Shown here: positions 28,559 to 37,019 of the stretch, piece by piece
Layout of the letters: every line of letters starts with the position of its first letter
Position numbering within the stretch: the first letter of the stretch is position 1
From: a virus
Taxonomy: Duplodnaviria; Caudoviricetes
Length of the DNA: 41,826 bases
Reading direction: 5' to 3' (one strand)
Virus record (IMG/VR): IMGVR_UViG_3300020530_000015
Span: 1 to 41,826 of that record
Notes under the pieces: model-generated
The model's database searches: none
What the model saw: only the letters and a program-made list of their open reading frames with translations
Told to the model about the DNA's origin: nothing
Translations under genes and position numbers: made by a program

Positions 28559-28571
28559 CAACACAAGGACA

Positions 28572-28772
28572 ATGACAATGACCAAACCATTCCGGCCTTA
28601 CCCGCCCGGCCAAGCCTGGGACGAAGCGTGGCATCAGCGGCTACGGGCTGAACGATACTGGCGAGCGTTGCGGCAGGTCGTCGAGGCGTATACGGAGTTT
28701 CGATATATGACGTCGTTCGATCTGGCGTACAAGCTGAAGGAACTGGCGGAAAAAGGACTGGGAGAGAAATGA
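28572..28772 (+). CDS. Hypothetical protein
   Basis: AAGGA RBS; ATGA overlap with next gene. Confidence 0.55.
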   Translation: MTMTKPFRPYPPGQAWDEAWHQRLRAERYWRALRQVVEAYTEFRYMTSFDLAYKLKELAEKGLGEK

Positions 28773-29314
28773 TGCTGACAATCGAAGAATTTTGCGACAA
28801 GCACAAAGCGTGCAAAGAAGGTCGAGACTGGGCGTTGGCGAATTGCTCATCGATGATCGATGCTTGGGACAAGCTGCCGCTAGCGTGGCTGGTTTGGGTG
28901 GCAACGCGGCCAGGAGTGCTGACCAATTATGAGTTGCGACTATTTGTTGTGTATTGTGCCAGAAGCGTCGAGCACTTGCTGACAGACCAGCGAAGCAAAA
29001 ATGCAATCGAAGTGGCTGAGCGATTCGTAAACGGTGATGCAACCGACGAGGAATTAGCAGCGGCTTGGTCCGATGCTAGAGATGCGGCCTGGGCAGAGGC
29101 TTGCGTGGCTGCTGTTTCAGGTGTCAGGTCATCGGCTCATGCGGCCTGGGCGGCCTGGGCTGCTACGGCGGCTTATGCGGCTTATGCTGCGACTTGTGCG
29201 GCGGCTTATGCGGCTGATGCTGCGACTTGTGCGGCGGATGATGCGGCTAAAGCGGCATGTATTGAATCTCAAGCCAGCTGGTTGAGGGCGAACACAAGGC
29301 CAAGTTTTGAGTGA
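28769..29314 (+). CDS. Phage protein with Ala-rich repeat C-terminus
   Basis: LRLFVVYCAR..HLLTDQRS.NAIEVAERF; 33-bp tandem repeat at 29168-29233. Confidence 0.7.
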   Translation: MMLTIEEFCDKHKACKEGRDWALANCSSMIDAWDKLPLAWLVWVATRPGVLTNYELRLFVVYCARSVEHLLTDQRSKNAIEVAERFVNGDATDEELAAAWSDARDAAWAEACVAAVSGVRSSAHAAWAAWAATAAYAAYAATCAAAYAADAATCAADDAAKAACIESQASWLRANTRPSFE

Positions 29315-29363
29315 CACGGATCGGCAACCATTTTGCCGACGCTAGGAGAATGGAGGACGAAGC

Positions 29364-30155
29364 ATGGTACACAAATTTTTCGAGTGCGATGAATGCGGCA
29401 ATCATTCGGATCAATACTTTGTTCTGCTGTCTTACGGTGGTGGAGTCAACAGTACCGCATTACTGGTGGGATTGGAGGAACGCGACGAACGACCAGACGC
29501 AATCCTCTTTTCCGATACAGGCGGCGAAAAGCCGGGAACGTATCAGCACATAGAACGAATGCAAGAATGGTTAGCGTCCAAGAAGTTTCCTCCAATCACG
29601 GTGGTAAAGCAAAAGCTAACGCTAGAGGCAGATTGCTTGGAGCGTGAAACGCTTCCAGGGAAAGCCTTTGGTTTCGGATCGTGCAGCGATAGATTTAAGA
29701 TACAACCGCAAAAGAAATGGTTACGAGACAACGACATCAAAAACCCAATGTGGTTGGTCGGAATCCATAGCGGCGAAAAACATCGTGCGGAACGCACATT
29801 GAACCAAAGGACAGACGTTAGATTTCCATTGATCGAATGGGGTTGGGACCAAGAGGATTGCATCGAAGCTATTCGATGTGCAGGGTTGCCGATCCCGATT
29901 AAGTCAGCGTGTTTCTATTGTCCGTCGATGCGAAAAGCAGAAGTTTTGGCGTTAGCCAAAAGTGACCCCGAGCTGTTTCAGCGAGCGGTCGAAATTGAGC
30001 GAGTAGCGAAAGAGGCTGGCACGTTGCAAACCGTGAAAGGTTTGGGGCGTCTATGGTCCTGGGAGTCGCTCGTCAAGGCGGACGAATCACAGTTGAGGTT
30101 GCCATTGTTTGACGATGTGCAAGCCCCGATATGTGACCAGTGCGTCGATTGGTAG
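29364..30155 (+). CDS. PP-loop (PAPS reductase-like) enzyme, cassette C
   Basis: SYGGGVNST, FSDTGGE, FKIQP, FPL, KSACFYCP. Confidence 0.85.
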   Translation: MVHKFFECDECGNHSDQYFVLLSYGGGVNSTALLVGLEERDERPDAILFSDTGGEKPGTYQHIERMQEWLASKKFPPITVVKQKLTLEADCLERETLPGKAFGFGSCSDRFKIQPQKKWLRDNDIKNPMWLVGIHSGEKHRAERTLNQRTDVRFPLIEWGWDQEDCIEAIRCAGLPIPIKSACFYCPSMRKAEVLALAKSDPELFQRAVEIERVAKEAGTLQTVKGLGRLWSWESLVKADESQLRLPLFDDVQAPICDQCVDW

Positions 30156-30159
30156 ATCA

Positions 30160-30249
30160 GCAGAACGCTCACATTAAACCAGCGGCGAGAGTAAATGCTG
30201 CCATTGCAAACCAACGTTATCGCCGCTTGGTTTCAATGTGTTGTTATGC
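30160..30249 (-). mobile_element. attC-like site 3
   Basis: ACATT/AATGT, AAACCA/TGGTTT and GCGGCGA/TCGCCGC stems with the same two bulge positions; GCAGAAC...GTTATGC ends. Confidence 0.85.
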
Positions 30250-30267
30250 GGCGATTGAGGGTTAGAC

Positions 30268-30468
30268 ATGGCAAGCACGGAAATTACGGTGTCAGTAAAG
30301 GACACGGAAACATTCGCGAATCTTCTTGAGGCGTCGTTTAAGTTTTTTGCGTGGTACAACAAGACGTACCAGCAGCAACCGAGCAACCACCCCGAACATC
30401 CTTGGTGCAAACTTGGGCAAGTTCTGCACGAGTTGTCGGATCGTGGCATCGCGGAACCATCCGCATAA
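30268..30468 (+). CDS. Cassette D ORF, 66-aa hypothetical
   Basis: GAGGG RBS; TAA stop lies within the cassette-end CCGCATAAC. Confidence 0.65.
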   Translation: MASTEITVSVKDTETFANLLEASFKFFAWYNKTYQQQPSNHPEHPWCKLGQVLHELSDRGIAEPSA

Positions 30469-30474
30469 CGTTAC

Positions 30475-30578
30475 GGATCGGCGGCGTGGTGGGAACACGC
30501 AGGAGTGTTGGCTACATGCCCTCGTGGCGACGGCCACCGCTGGCTCCAGCGAAGCAGGTTCGAATCCTGCCCGATCCA
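30475..30578 (+). ncRNA. tRNA-like RNA with an expanded anticodon arm
   Basis: Acceptor GGATCGG/CCGATCC+A, D-arm GCGT/ACGC, GGAGT/GCTCC stem enclosing ~36 nt, T-arm GCAGG-TTCGAAT-CCTGC. Confidence 0.65.
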
Positions 30579-30644
30579 AAGGCAGCCAGGAACGCCACAG
30601 ACAATCATTGAATTGGCGATAGAGCTTAAAAGAAAATAATTTTA

Positions 30645-30911
30645 ATGAGACCATCTATGAAAGCAATGCACAGAACAACGATCCACGCACGATGTCCGTT
30701 TGCACCTGTTTGGGATTATTACAGCGTGCAAATCGAAACAAAAGACTTCATCAGATGCGAAAAAATCGAAGCCATCTGCGAAGAGATTCGCGGGCAGCAA
30801 ATTTCACAAGAAATGGTTTTGGAGCTTCTTCGGAAGAAGCTGAATATTGAATGCAAGATAACCGTAAAGGGTCGTCACGGCCAAAACGGAAGGCTGGTTG
30901 TTGTCGAATGA
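30645..30911 (+). CDS. Minimal QueF-like T-fold protein
   Basis: ARCPFAPVWDYY (Cys/Asp pair as in QueF CP....DF) and ISQE. Confidence 0.6.
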   Translation: MRPSMKAMHRTTIHARCPFAPVWDYYSVQIETKDFIRCEKIEAICEEIRGQQISQEMVLELLRKKLNIECKITVKGRHGQNGRLVVVE

Positions 30912-31645
30912 TTCACTACCACGGAACGCCATGCGGAGCAACACGGGAAGATGTTGCTAGATTCCTCAGGAATCGTCACGCCTTGATTTCGTTTTTTCGA
31001 CCGGAAGACATCGGAACAGCGGCCGAAGTGTGTCAATCGTTTTGCATCGACAACGGGGCTTTCTCTGCGTGGAAGCAGGGCAAAACGATTGACTGGTTGA
31101 ATTACTATCGATTCGTCGATGATTGGAAGCATCACCCAGCGTTTGATTGGGCAATCATTCCAGATGTAATCGACGGCGACGAGCGACAAAACAACGATTT
31201 AATCGACGAATGGGAGCGGTCCTTGCGTGGAACAATTGGCGTTCCAGTGTGGCACATGCACGAAAGCTTAGATCGGCTTGATTGGCTCGCATCAAATTGG
31301 GCTCGCATTGCGATTGGTTCAAGCGACATTTACGCGACGGTAGGTAACGACCGTTGGTGGCGACGCATGGCGGAAGCTATGAAAGTCGTCTGCAATGATG
31401 GCAGGCCACGCACCAAGCTGCACGGGTTGCGAATGTTAGACCCAGCAGTTTTTACCGCGTTGCCTTTGGCAAGTGCCGACAGCACGAATGCGGTACGAAA
31501 TTCATCGAGCTATAGCCGGTTTGGGATGTACTGTCCGCCAAACGCATCGACGCGGATGGCGATTATTGCGGAGCGAATCGAATCATTCCAATCGGCATCT
31601 TTGTGGGATGGATGTCCAAAGGAAGATGCGTTTACGCTTTTCTGA
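30908..31645 (+). CDS. TGT/DpdA-like transglycosylase
   Basis: DNGAF, IIPDVI, VPVWH, IAIGS, HGLR and SADST in TGT-fold order. Confidence 0.65.
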   Translation: MIHYHGTPCGATREDVARFLRNRHALISFFRPEDIGTAAEVCQSFCIDNGAFSAWKQGKTIDWLNYYRFVDDWKHHPAFDWAIIPDVIDGDERQNNDLIDEWERSLRGTIGVPVWHMHESLDRLDWLASNWARIAIGSSDIYATVGNDRWWRRMAEAMKVVCNDGRPRTKLHGLRMLDPAVFTALPLASADSTNAVRNSSSYSRFGMYCPPNASTRMAIIAERIESFQSASLWDGCPKEDAFTLF

Positions 31646-31665
31646 AGCAACAAAGGAGTCTATCT

Positions 31666-32058
31666 ATGTCAAAAGGTCGATGGGGCCGAGGAAAGTTCCG
31701 GACTGGCCGGCGACAGCCTGGCGAAATGAACGCGACTGAGCGAGCCTATGCTGACGTACTCACAGCGAGAGTCTTGGCCGGTGAGTTGCTGGCTTGGGAC
31801 TATGAACCGCTGACGTTCAAGCTGGCGAGGTCGTGTCGCTATACGCCGGATTTTATCGTTCAACTACCTGATGGGACGATCGAAGCTCATGAGGTCAAGA
31901 TTCACACCGGCAGCAAGTTGCTGGCTGAGGATGATGCGAAAGCCAAGATCCGGGTGGCTGCCGAAAAGTTCGGGATGCTGGTCTGGCGGATCGCGGCAAA
32001 GCAACCGAAAAAGCTCGGCGGCGGATGGTTGTACTTTCTGGTCGGGGAGGAGTTTTAG
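31666..32058 (+). CDS. PD-(D/E)XK endonuclease (DUF1064-like)
   Basis: MNATERAYA...YTPDF...EVK. Confidence 0.8.
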   Translation: MSKGRWGRGKFRTGRRQPGEMNATERAYADVLTARVLAGELLAWDYEPLTFKLARSCRYTPDFIVQLPDGTIEAHEVKIHTGSKLLAEDDAKAKIRVAAEKFGMLVWRIAAKQPKKLGGGWLYFLVGEEF

Positions 32059-32060
32059 AG

Positions 32061-32783
32061 ATGGCTGGCGATTGGATCAAGATGCGGATCGACCTTCAGG
32101 ATGACCCGGCTGTCTTTGTTATTTGCGAATCGACTGCACTTGATGAATTTCAGGTCATTGGCCGGCTTCACAAATTATGGAGCTGGGCGGACAAACATAC
32201 CGCAAACGGCGTGACTCCTGGCGTCAATCCAAAGTGGGTCGATCGATATGTGAACCAACCAGGTTTTGCGGAAGCCATGATTTTGGCTGGCTGGCTGTCC
32301 TTCGATGGCGAGGTTCTGAGCTTTCCAGGGTTTGAGATTCACAACGGAAAATCGGCGAAGTCGCGTTGTCACGCAACCATCAGGCAAAGGGAGTCACGCA
32401 CCCGTCACGCTGATGTCACAGAAATTCGTGACACAAGCGTGACAGAAGCGTTACCAGAGAAGAGAAGAGAAGAGAAGAGAAGAGAGACAAATAAAAAAAC
32501 AGACTCAGAGTCTCGAAATCTGATTCCGTTTTCTTCCCAGGACTTCTCGGACGCCTGGCAACTCTGGCACCGCCACAGGCTAAACGTCCACAAACCTATC
32601 GGCGACATCGAGTCAGACGCTCAGCTAATGGAACTGGCCAAGCATCCCGAAAGCGAGGCAATCGCGATCCTCAATTACTCGGTACAGGTCGGGGCAAGAA
32701 ATCTGATCCTCACCGGCGACCACCACAAGAAACCCGCCGAAAAGGCCAAGACAAACGCGAACGGAAAGAGGTTGATCCCATGA
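32061..32783 (+). CDS. Replication initiator protein
   Basis: MAGDWIKMRIDL..DP.V N-terminus, EKRREEKRRE linker, C-terminal F..AW..W..HR. Confidence 0.75.
   Translation: MAGDWIKMRIDLQDDPAVFVICESTALDEFQVIGRLHKLWSWADKHTANGVTPGVNPKWVDRYVNQPGFAEAMILAGWLSFDGEVLSFPGFEIHNGKSAKSRCHATIRQRESRTRHADVTEIRDTSVTEALPEKRREEKRRETNKKTDSESRNLIPFSSQDFSDAWQLWHRHRLNVHKPIGDIESDAQLMELAKHPESEAIAILNYSVQVGARNLILTGDHHKKPAEKAKTNANGKRLIP
32368..32486. repeat. Iteron-like GTCAC(GC) repeats plus (AGAGA)n tract, candidate origin
   Basis: GTCAC at 32368, 32393, 32404, 32415; inverted copies at 32427 and 32437; purine tract 32456-32486. Confidence 0.55.
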
Positions 32784-33238
32784 CAGAAAAAGAGTTCGAA
32801 AGCTTTTACGACCGGCTTTTTGTGGCTTTCCCGGCCTTGAAAGAGCACGTCAACGGAAAGAGCAGCAACCCGCTGGCCACGCTGGCAGTCTGGCAGCGGA
32901 CGCTGGCGGAGGTTTCTATCGAGGAAGCCGACGCGGTTCTCGATGACTGGATCGAAGGACGTTCCTCGCCGCCGGCTGGGTACGAGCGGGACTATACGGC
33001 GATACTCATTCGCCAGCGAGTTCTACATCGCCGCAGCAAGGAGCGGGCGTTGATCGACAACGATCAGCGGCTCAAGCAGCGTATCGAGGTCAAGCAGCTA
33101 CGGCAAACCTTGTCTGGCTTGGGAGTCGATACGGCATTCGAGTTGTGCCTGCGGGCCAATGGCAAGCTTCAGCGAGGCGAAATCGACCGGCGGCAATGGC
33201 TGGCAGAGCTTGACCAAATTTGTGCCAAGATCGGCTGA
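32780..33238 (+). CDS. Putative helicase loader/inhibitor
   Basis: MTEKEF..FY..L..AFP...W...L; follows the initiator. Confidence 0.5.
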   Translation: MTEKEFESFYDRLFVAFPALKEHVNGKSSNPLATLAVWQRTLAEVSIEEADAVLDDWIEGRSSPPAGYERDYTAILIRQRVLHRRSKERALIDNDQRLKQRIEVKQLRQTLSGLGVDTAFELCLRANGKLQRGEIDRRQWLAELDQICAKIG

Positions 33239-34335
33239 AATGGGGTTTCCTACTACAGATTCAATGGAACAATTGGGGCAACGGATTTAGCTTCGCAAGG
33301 GACAGCGGGGACAGACTGGGCAGCAATGCTTTGCCACCGCCAAAGACACAAGCTCGGCATTATGCCGAGGAACTTTGCCGACGATTTCCAGAAGCAACGA
33401 GCCTGTCGCTGGCTCGGAGGCTGAAGGCTGATCATGCCGAATCGGTGGGGTCGCTTGAGAATGCCCGCCGGATGATTCGGCTGGTACGCGGCAATGCCGG
33501 CGAAACGTTCCGCAAACACGCCACGTCTCCCCGGAGGCTGGGAAGGGCTGGGCAAAAGCTTTCGTGTCCACCGAGCTTCGCCGAGCCCTTCCTGCCTTTT
33601 TTGTTGGACGGATGTAAGCTGGTTGGCGTGCTGTCTGATACCCACGTACCCTACCACCAGCCCAAGGCCTGGGAAGCCGCGGTCGCTGCCTTGCAGAATC
33701 GAGGAATCGATACGCTGGTTATCAACGGCGACTACCTGGACTTCTACCAGGTTTCCCGTTGGGACAAGAACCCGAAGGCCAGACGGTTCAAGGAGGAGGT
33801 TCAATCCGGCATAGACGGCTTGCGGTGGCTGCGAGAGTGCTTTCCGAAGGCTCGCATCGTCTACAAGCTCGGCAACCACGATGAGCGTTGGGACAAGTTT
33901 ATCTGGCAGCGTGCTCCGGAAATCTTCGACCTGCCGGCCTGCCAACTGCCAGTAATTCTCGAGACCGAGAAGGTCGGAGTTGAGGTCGTCGGCGAGCAGC
34001 GACCGATCATGGCCGGCAAGCTGCCGATCCTACACGGCCACGAACTGGCGAAGGGAATCGCCGCTCCTGTCAACCCAGCCCGCGGAGCGTTCCTAAAGAC
34101 GCTGCATAGCGTGCTTGTCGGGCATTCGCACCGAACATCGACGCACGTTGAACCTGACATGTTCGGCCGCGAAGTAGCGGTATGGTCAACCGGAATGCTT
34201 TGTGCTCAAAACCCAGAATACAACCGTTTTGCCAAGAGCAACTGGGGTTTTGCGTGCGTAGAGGTTTATGGCGATGGCGAGTTCTCGGTAGAAAACTACC
34301 GCATTTCCGAAGGCTGGAAGGTGCGGGCATCATGA
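33220..34335 (+). CDS. Calcineurin-like metallophosphoesterase
   Basis: SDTHVPY, NGDYLD, GNHD, HGH, GHSH; true start probably nearer 33330. Confidence 0.9.
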   Translation: MCQDRLKWGFLLQIQWNNWGNGFSFARDSGDRLGSNALPPPKTQARHYAEELCRRFPEATSLSLARRLKADHAESVGSLENARRMIRLVRGNAGETFRKHATSPRRLGRAGQKLSCPPSFAEPFLPFLLDGCKLVGVLSDTHVPYHQPKAWEAAVAALQNRGIDTLVINGDYLDFYQVSRWDKNPKARRFKEEVQSGIDGLRWLRECFPKARIVYKLGNHDERWDKFIWQRAPEIFDLPACQLPVILETEKVGVEVVGEQRPIMAGKLPILHGHELAKGIAAPVNPARGAFLKTLHSVLVGHSHRTSTHVEPDMFGREVAVWSTGMLCAQNPEYNRFAKSNWGFACVEVYGDGEFSVENYRISEGWKVRAS

Positions 34336-34631
34336 AGCGGTTTTACGCTTTGATTCGCAAGCTTCGCAAAGCCTATCCGCAGTTTACGGTTCAGGTGCGA
34401 CGCAAGCCGCAAGCTGACTTTGGTCACACTTGGCAGCTCGACGACGAACAGCGGTTCCGCATCACGATCAGGAAAGACCTCAACGAAGACGCAGCGATAG
34501 ACACGCTGATTCACGAATGGGCCCATGTTCCGAGCTACGAGGAGTGGGAGCGTACTGGCGTCGAACACAATCCAGTATGGGCCTACCATCAAGGCGAGTG
34601 CTATCGGATTTACGAGGAGCATTTCCTTTGA
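34332..34631 (+). CDS. Small zincin metallopeptidase-like protein
   Basis: TLIHEWAH plus a downstream His (EHNPVW). Confidence 0.7.
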   Translation: MKRFYALIRKLRKAYPQFTVQVRRKPQADFGHTWQLDDEQRFRITIRKDLNEDAAIDTLIHEWAHVPSYEEWERTGVEHNPVWAYHQGECYRIYEEHFL

Positions 34632-34645
34632 ACCGTAAACGCTCG

Positions 34646-34873
34646 ATGCCTGTCTATCAAGTTTGGGCCGCCGGCACGACTACCGATGGCAAGATCTTTT
34701 TCCAGGTTGCCCATGAACTGTTCGAGTGCCGACGTTACGCGGAGTTGGCTGAGCCACTGTTTTATGACATTTGCGTGGAGGCTGGAGCCGACCCGGTCGA
34801 CTTGCAAGTCTGGGTCGAAGAGCTGCTGTTGATCGGAAACTTGAACAGCTTAGCGGAGGATGACCTTGACTAG
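34646..34873 (+). CDS. Hypothetical protein
   Basis: Fills the operon gap; overlaps the next gene. Confidence 0.45.
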   Translation: MPVYQVWAAGTTTDGKIFFQVAHELFECRRYAELAEPLFYDICVEAGADPVDLQVWVEELLLIGNLNSLAEDDLD

Positions 34874-35096
34874 CTCGCCGCTGATTTCGCTGAAGCAGGT
34901 GGCCAGCAAGCTTGGCGTAACTCGCTACCAGGTTTCGCTGTGGCTGAAGCAGGGCTTAGTACCGCCGCCGCTGATTCGATTGCGTCGGCAAAGCTACTGG
35001 ACGGAAGAGGTGATCGATTATTGGTTGGCGGATTATCGCAACAGAATCGAAAGTTTGCTCAAGGAAGTGAAAGAGACCGAAACGGCCAAGGCGTAA
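34860..35096 (+). CDS. AlpA/excisionase-like HTH protein
   Basis: ISLKQVASKLGVTRYQVSLWLKQGLVPPP..L....W. Confidence 0.75.
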   Translation: MTLTSSPLISLKQVASKLGVTRYQVSLWLKQGLVPPPLIRLRRQSYWTEEVIDYWLADYRNRIESLLKEVKETETAKA

Positions 35097-35136
35097 CAAG
35101 CAGCCAGCGGATAAAGTTTTGGCCAGGAGAAACATC

Positions 35137-35514
35137 ATGCGAGTAAGTTTAGTTCATCGATTGATCGCCCGGACCGTTGCCTACAAGTCGTACTGCCATA
35201 CCACCGACCCAGTGGCCAGGCGGATGGAGGCGGCTGATCAGCTATCCGTTTTCGGTTGCGAGCAGAACTCGACCTTCCACGCCTTTGAATTGGTGGAAGC
35301 TGGCGACATGCTCGGAGCGGAAAAAGAATTGGCGACGATGAGCGGGATCAAATACACGATCGACGTGGCCACGATCATCCTGCTGATCAAGCTGATTTTG
35401 ATGCTCTGGGATTGGTGGAATCAGATGAGCATTACTCGCCCGACGATTGTCGCACAAGCTGACGAGCCTGGCTGGTTTCATATTGAAGATGCGGTTGACC
35501 TGAGGACGTTATAG
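35137..35514 (+). CDS. Membrane protein
   Basis: AGGAG RBS; TIILLIKLILMLW. Confidence 0.6.
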   Translation: MRVSLVHRLIARTVAYKSYCHTTDPVARRMEAADQLSVFGCEQNSTFHAFELVEAGDMLGAEKELATMSGIKYTIDVATIILLIKLILMLWDWWNQMSITRPTIVAQADEPGWFHIEDAVDLRTL

Positions 35515-35515
35515 C

Positions 35516-35797
35516 ATGCTTGAAAACATCACAACCATTCTCGGTGGCGTTGTACTCTTCCTCGGCCTGCTGGTTATCGCGGCGACCTGGGCACGATCAA
35601 AGTCGGCGACTGTTGCGAGGTCGATGGATGCGGTGACCAGCAGGCTGACGGACGCAATCGATGGGAACAAACGCATGGACGCGTTGCGAGATGCTGAGGA
35701 GCTTTACCAGTACTTCGAAGGCGAGCGTAATACGGCTGGCCAAGACGCGGTAAAGCAGGCGGTAGGCGAACTGTTTAGCAAGGGCAACAAGTCGTGA
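35516..35797 (+). CDS. N-terminal TM protein
   Basis: ILGGVVLFLGLLVIAA. Confidence 0.65.
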   Translation: MLENITTILGGVVLFLGLLVIAATWARSKSATVARSMDAVTSRLTDAIDGNKRMDALRDAEELYQYFEGERNTAGQDAVKQAVGELFSKGNKS

Positions 35798-36171
35798 GCC
35801 AACGAACGCTCGGGATCGCCATTGCAATGCTCGGCGGGCTGATCATGCTGGTCGCCCCGTCGGTCGTTCGCTTTGTGCCTACTCCCGAGGATAGCGGCGT
35901 TGTCGGCAAGAGCTTCGATTTTGAGTTGCTTGGCTATGCCGACGTTTTTGCCGATGCGTCCAAGAAGGTTGCCAGCGGCGAGATAAAAACCGACAAGCAA
36001 TTTTACGACGAGGTGAACCCGAAGACCGGCGAGGTTCGCAAGACAGCTCGAGCGATCCTCGATGCCTACTTTCAGGCCAAGCTGCCTCGAGACGGCGTGA
36101 ACCTCAAGCCGGAAGCGGCTGCATTCATCAACGACATTGCCGAGCAGTTTCGGAAGGAGGCGGCGAAGTGA
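35794..36171 (+). CDS. Membrane-anchored or secreted protein
   Basis: N-terminal hydrophobic helix. Confidence 0.65.
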   Translation: MSQRTLGIAIAMLGGLIMLVAPSVVRFVPTPEDSGVVGKSFDFELLGYADVFADASKKVASGEIKTDKQFYDEVNPKTGEVRKTARAILDAYFQAKLPRDGVNLKPEAAAFINDIAEQFRKEAAK

Positions 36172-37019
36172 ACTGGTTGGAGTTGGTCGGCGGTTATGCG
36201 ATTGAACAGGAAGACCGAGCAGCAATTGCGGCTGCCTCGGTTGATCCTGTTTATGCCTCGACCGGTGACATTCCTGAACGAGTCGACCCGCGAAGATCGA
36301 AGCTGTATACCGATGGCTGGATACGTGTAGAAAATCAAGGTTCAATCGGAAGCTGTCAAGGCAACTCATTAAGCGAGTGCCTGGAGTATTGCCACGTTGT
36401 TGCCGGCGGTGACATCATACAGCTTTCGCGGATGTATGCTTACCTTCGCTCGCAGCAGTTCGACAACATTCGCACCGACAGCGGCAGCACGCTATCTGGC
36501 GGGACGAAGGCGGCCAAGGATGGGATCTGCCTGGAGTCGATCGCACCCTATCCGCGTTCCTATCCTGGCTGGGGCTTTATCACGCAGGCGATGAAAGATG
36601 CGGCGATCTACAAGTTAGGATCGCTGACCGAGATCAAGAAAGCTGAAGACGTTCGCAGTTTTATCGGCAGCGGGATTGGGATCGTGCATATTGGGATCGC
36701 CTGGAATAGCTCGATGACACCCGACTCTCGCGGGTGTATTACAAGCTGGCGGAGCGGTGGCGGCGGGCATGCGGTGGTGTTCGCTGGGTATGTTCCCGAT
36801 GCTGACGTCGGCGTTAAATCCTCAGCTGGCTGGTGGGCGTTGCTCAAGAACTCTTGGGGAACCAACTGGGGTTTGCAAGGCTGGGCGTATGTCGACCCTC
36901 GTTGCATCGATCAGATGTTGCAGCATCAATGGACGGTGATGGTCGGTCGCTCAGATATGGTATCGCCCAACCCTCGGCCAGTCCCGATCGACTTCACGAA
37001 GCGGAGCCTTTTCGGATGA
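36168..37019 (+). CDS. Papain-like C1 cysteine peptidase
   Basis: NQGSIGSC, GGHAV, KNSWG..WG..G catalytic motifs. Confidence 0.92.
   Translation: MNWLELVGGYAIEQEDRAAIAAASVDPVYASTGDIPERVDPRRSKLYTDGWIRVENQGSIGSCQGNSLSECLEYCHVVAGGDIIQLSRMYAYLRSQQFDNIRTDSGSTLSGGTKAAKDGICLESIAPYPRSYPGWGFITQAMKDAAIYKLGSLTEIKKAEDVRSFIGSGIGIVHIGIAWNSSMTPDSRGCITSWRSGGGGHAVVFAGYVPDADVGVKSSAGWWALLKNSWGTNWGLQGWAYVDPRCIDQMLQHQWTVMVGRSDMVSPNPRPVPIDFTKRSLFG

Noticed and set aside
29140-29250. Ala-rich repeats as a CRISPR array or DGR variable region
   Set aside because: In-frame coding repeats with no spacers; no reverse transcriptase or cas gene seen
29321-29353. Short imperfect palindromes at the left edge of array 2 as the missing attC left arm
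   Set aside because: They do not complement the surviving right arm, which would need roughly GTATT-ATCCGA
29364-30155. PP-loop enzyme as QueC
   Set aside because: Motifs (SYGGGVNST, DTGGE, SACFYCP) fit the PAPS-reductase-like family better than QueC; no confident queC call
19374-30249. attC-like hairpins as simple terminators or REP elements
   Set aside because: No U-tract, long loops, conserved bulge positions and cassette-end complementarity fit attC better
19172-30578. Calling the two T-arm elements functional tRNAs
   Set aside because: Neither has a 7-nt anticodon loop or an encoded CCA; reported as tRNA-like only
33253-33945. Long antisense ORFs such as this 230-aa one, 35704-36369 and 4539-5162
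   Set aside because: They are shadows of well-supported plus-strand genes and have no recognisable motifs
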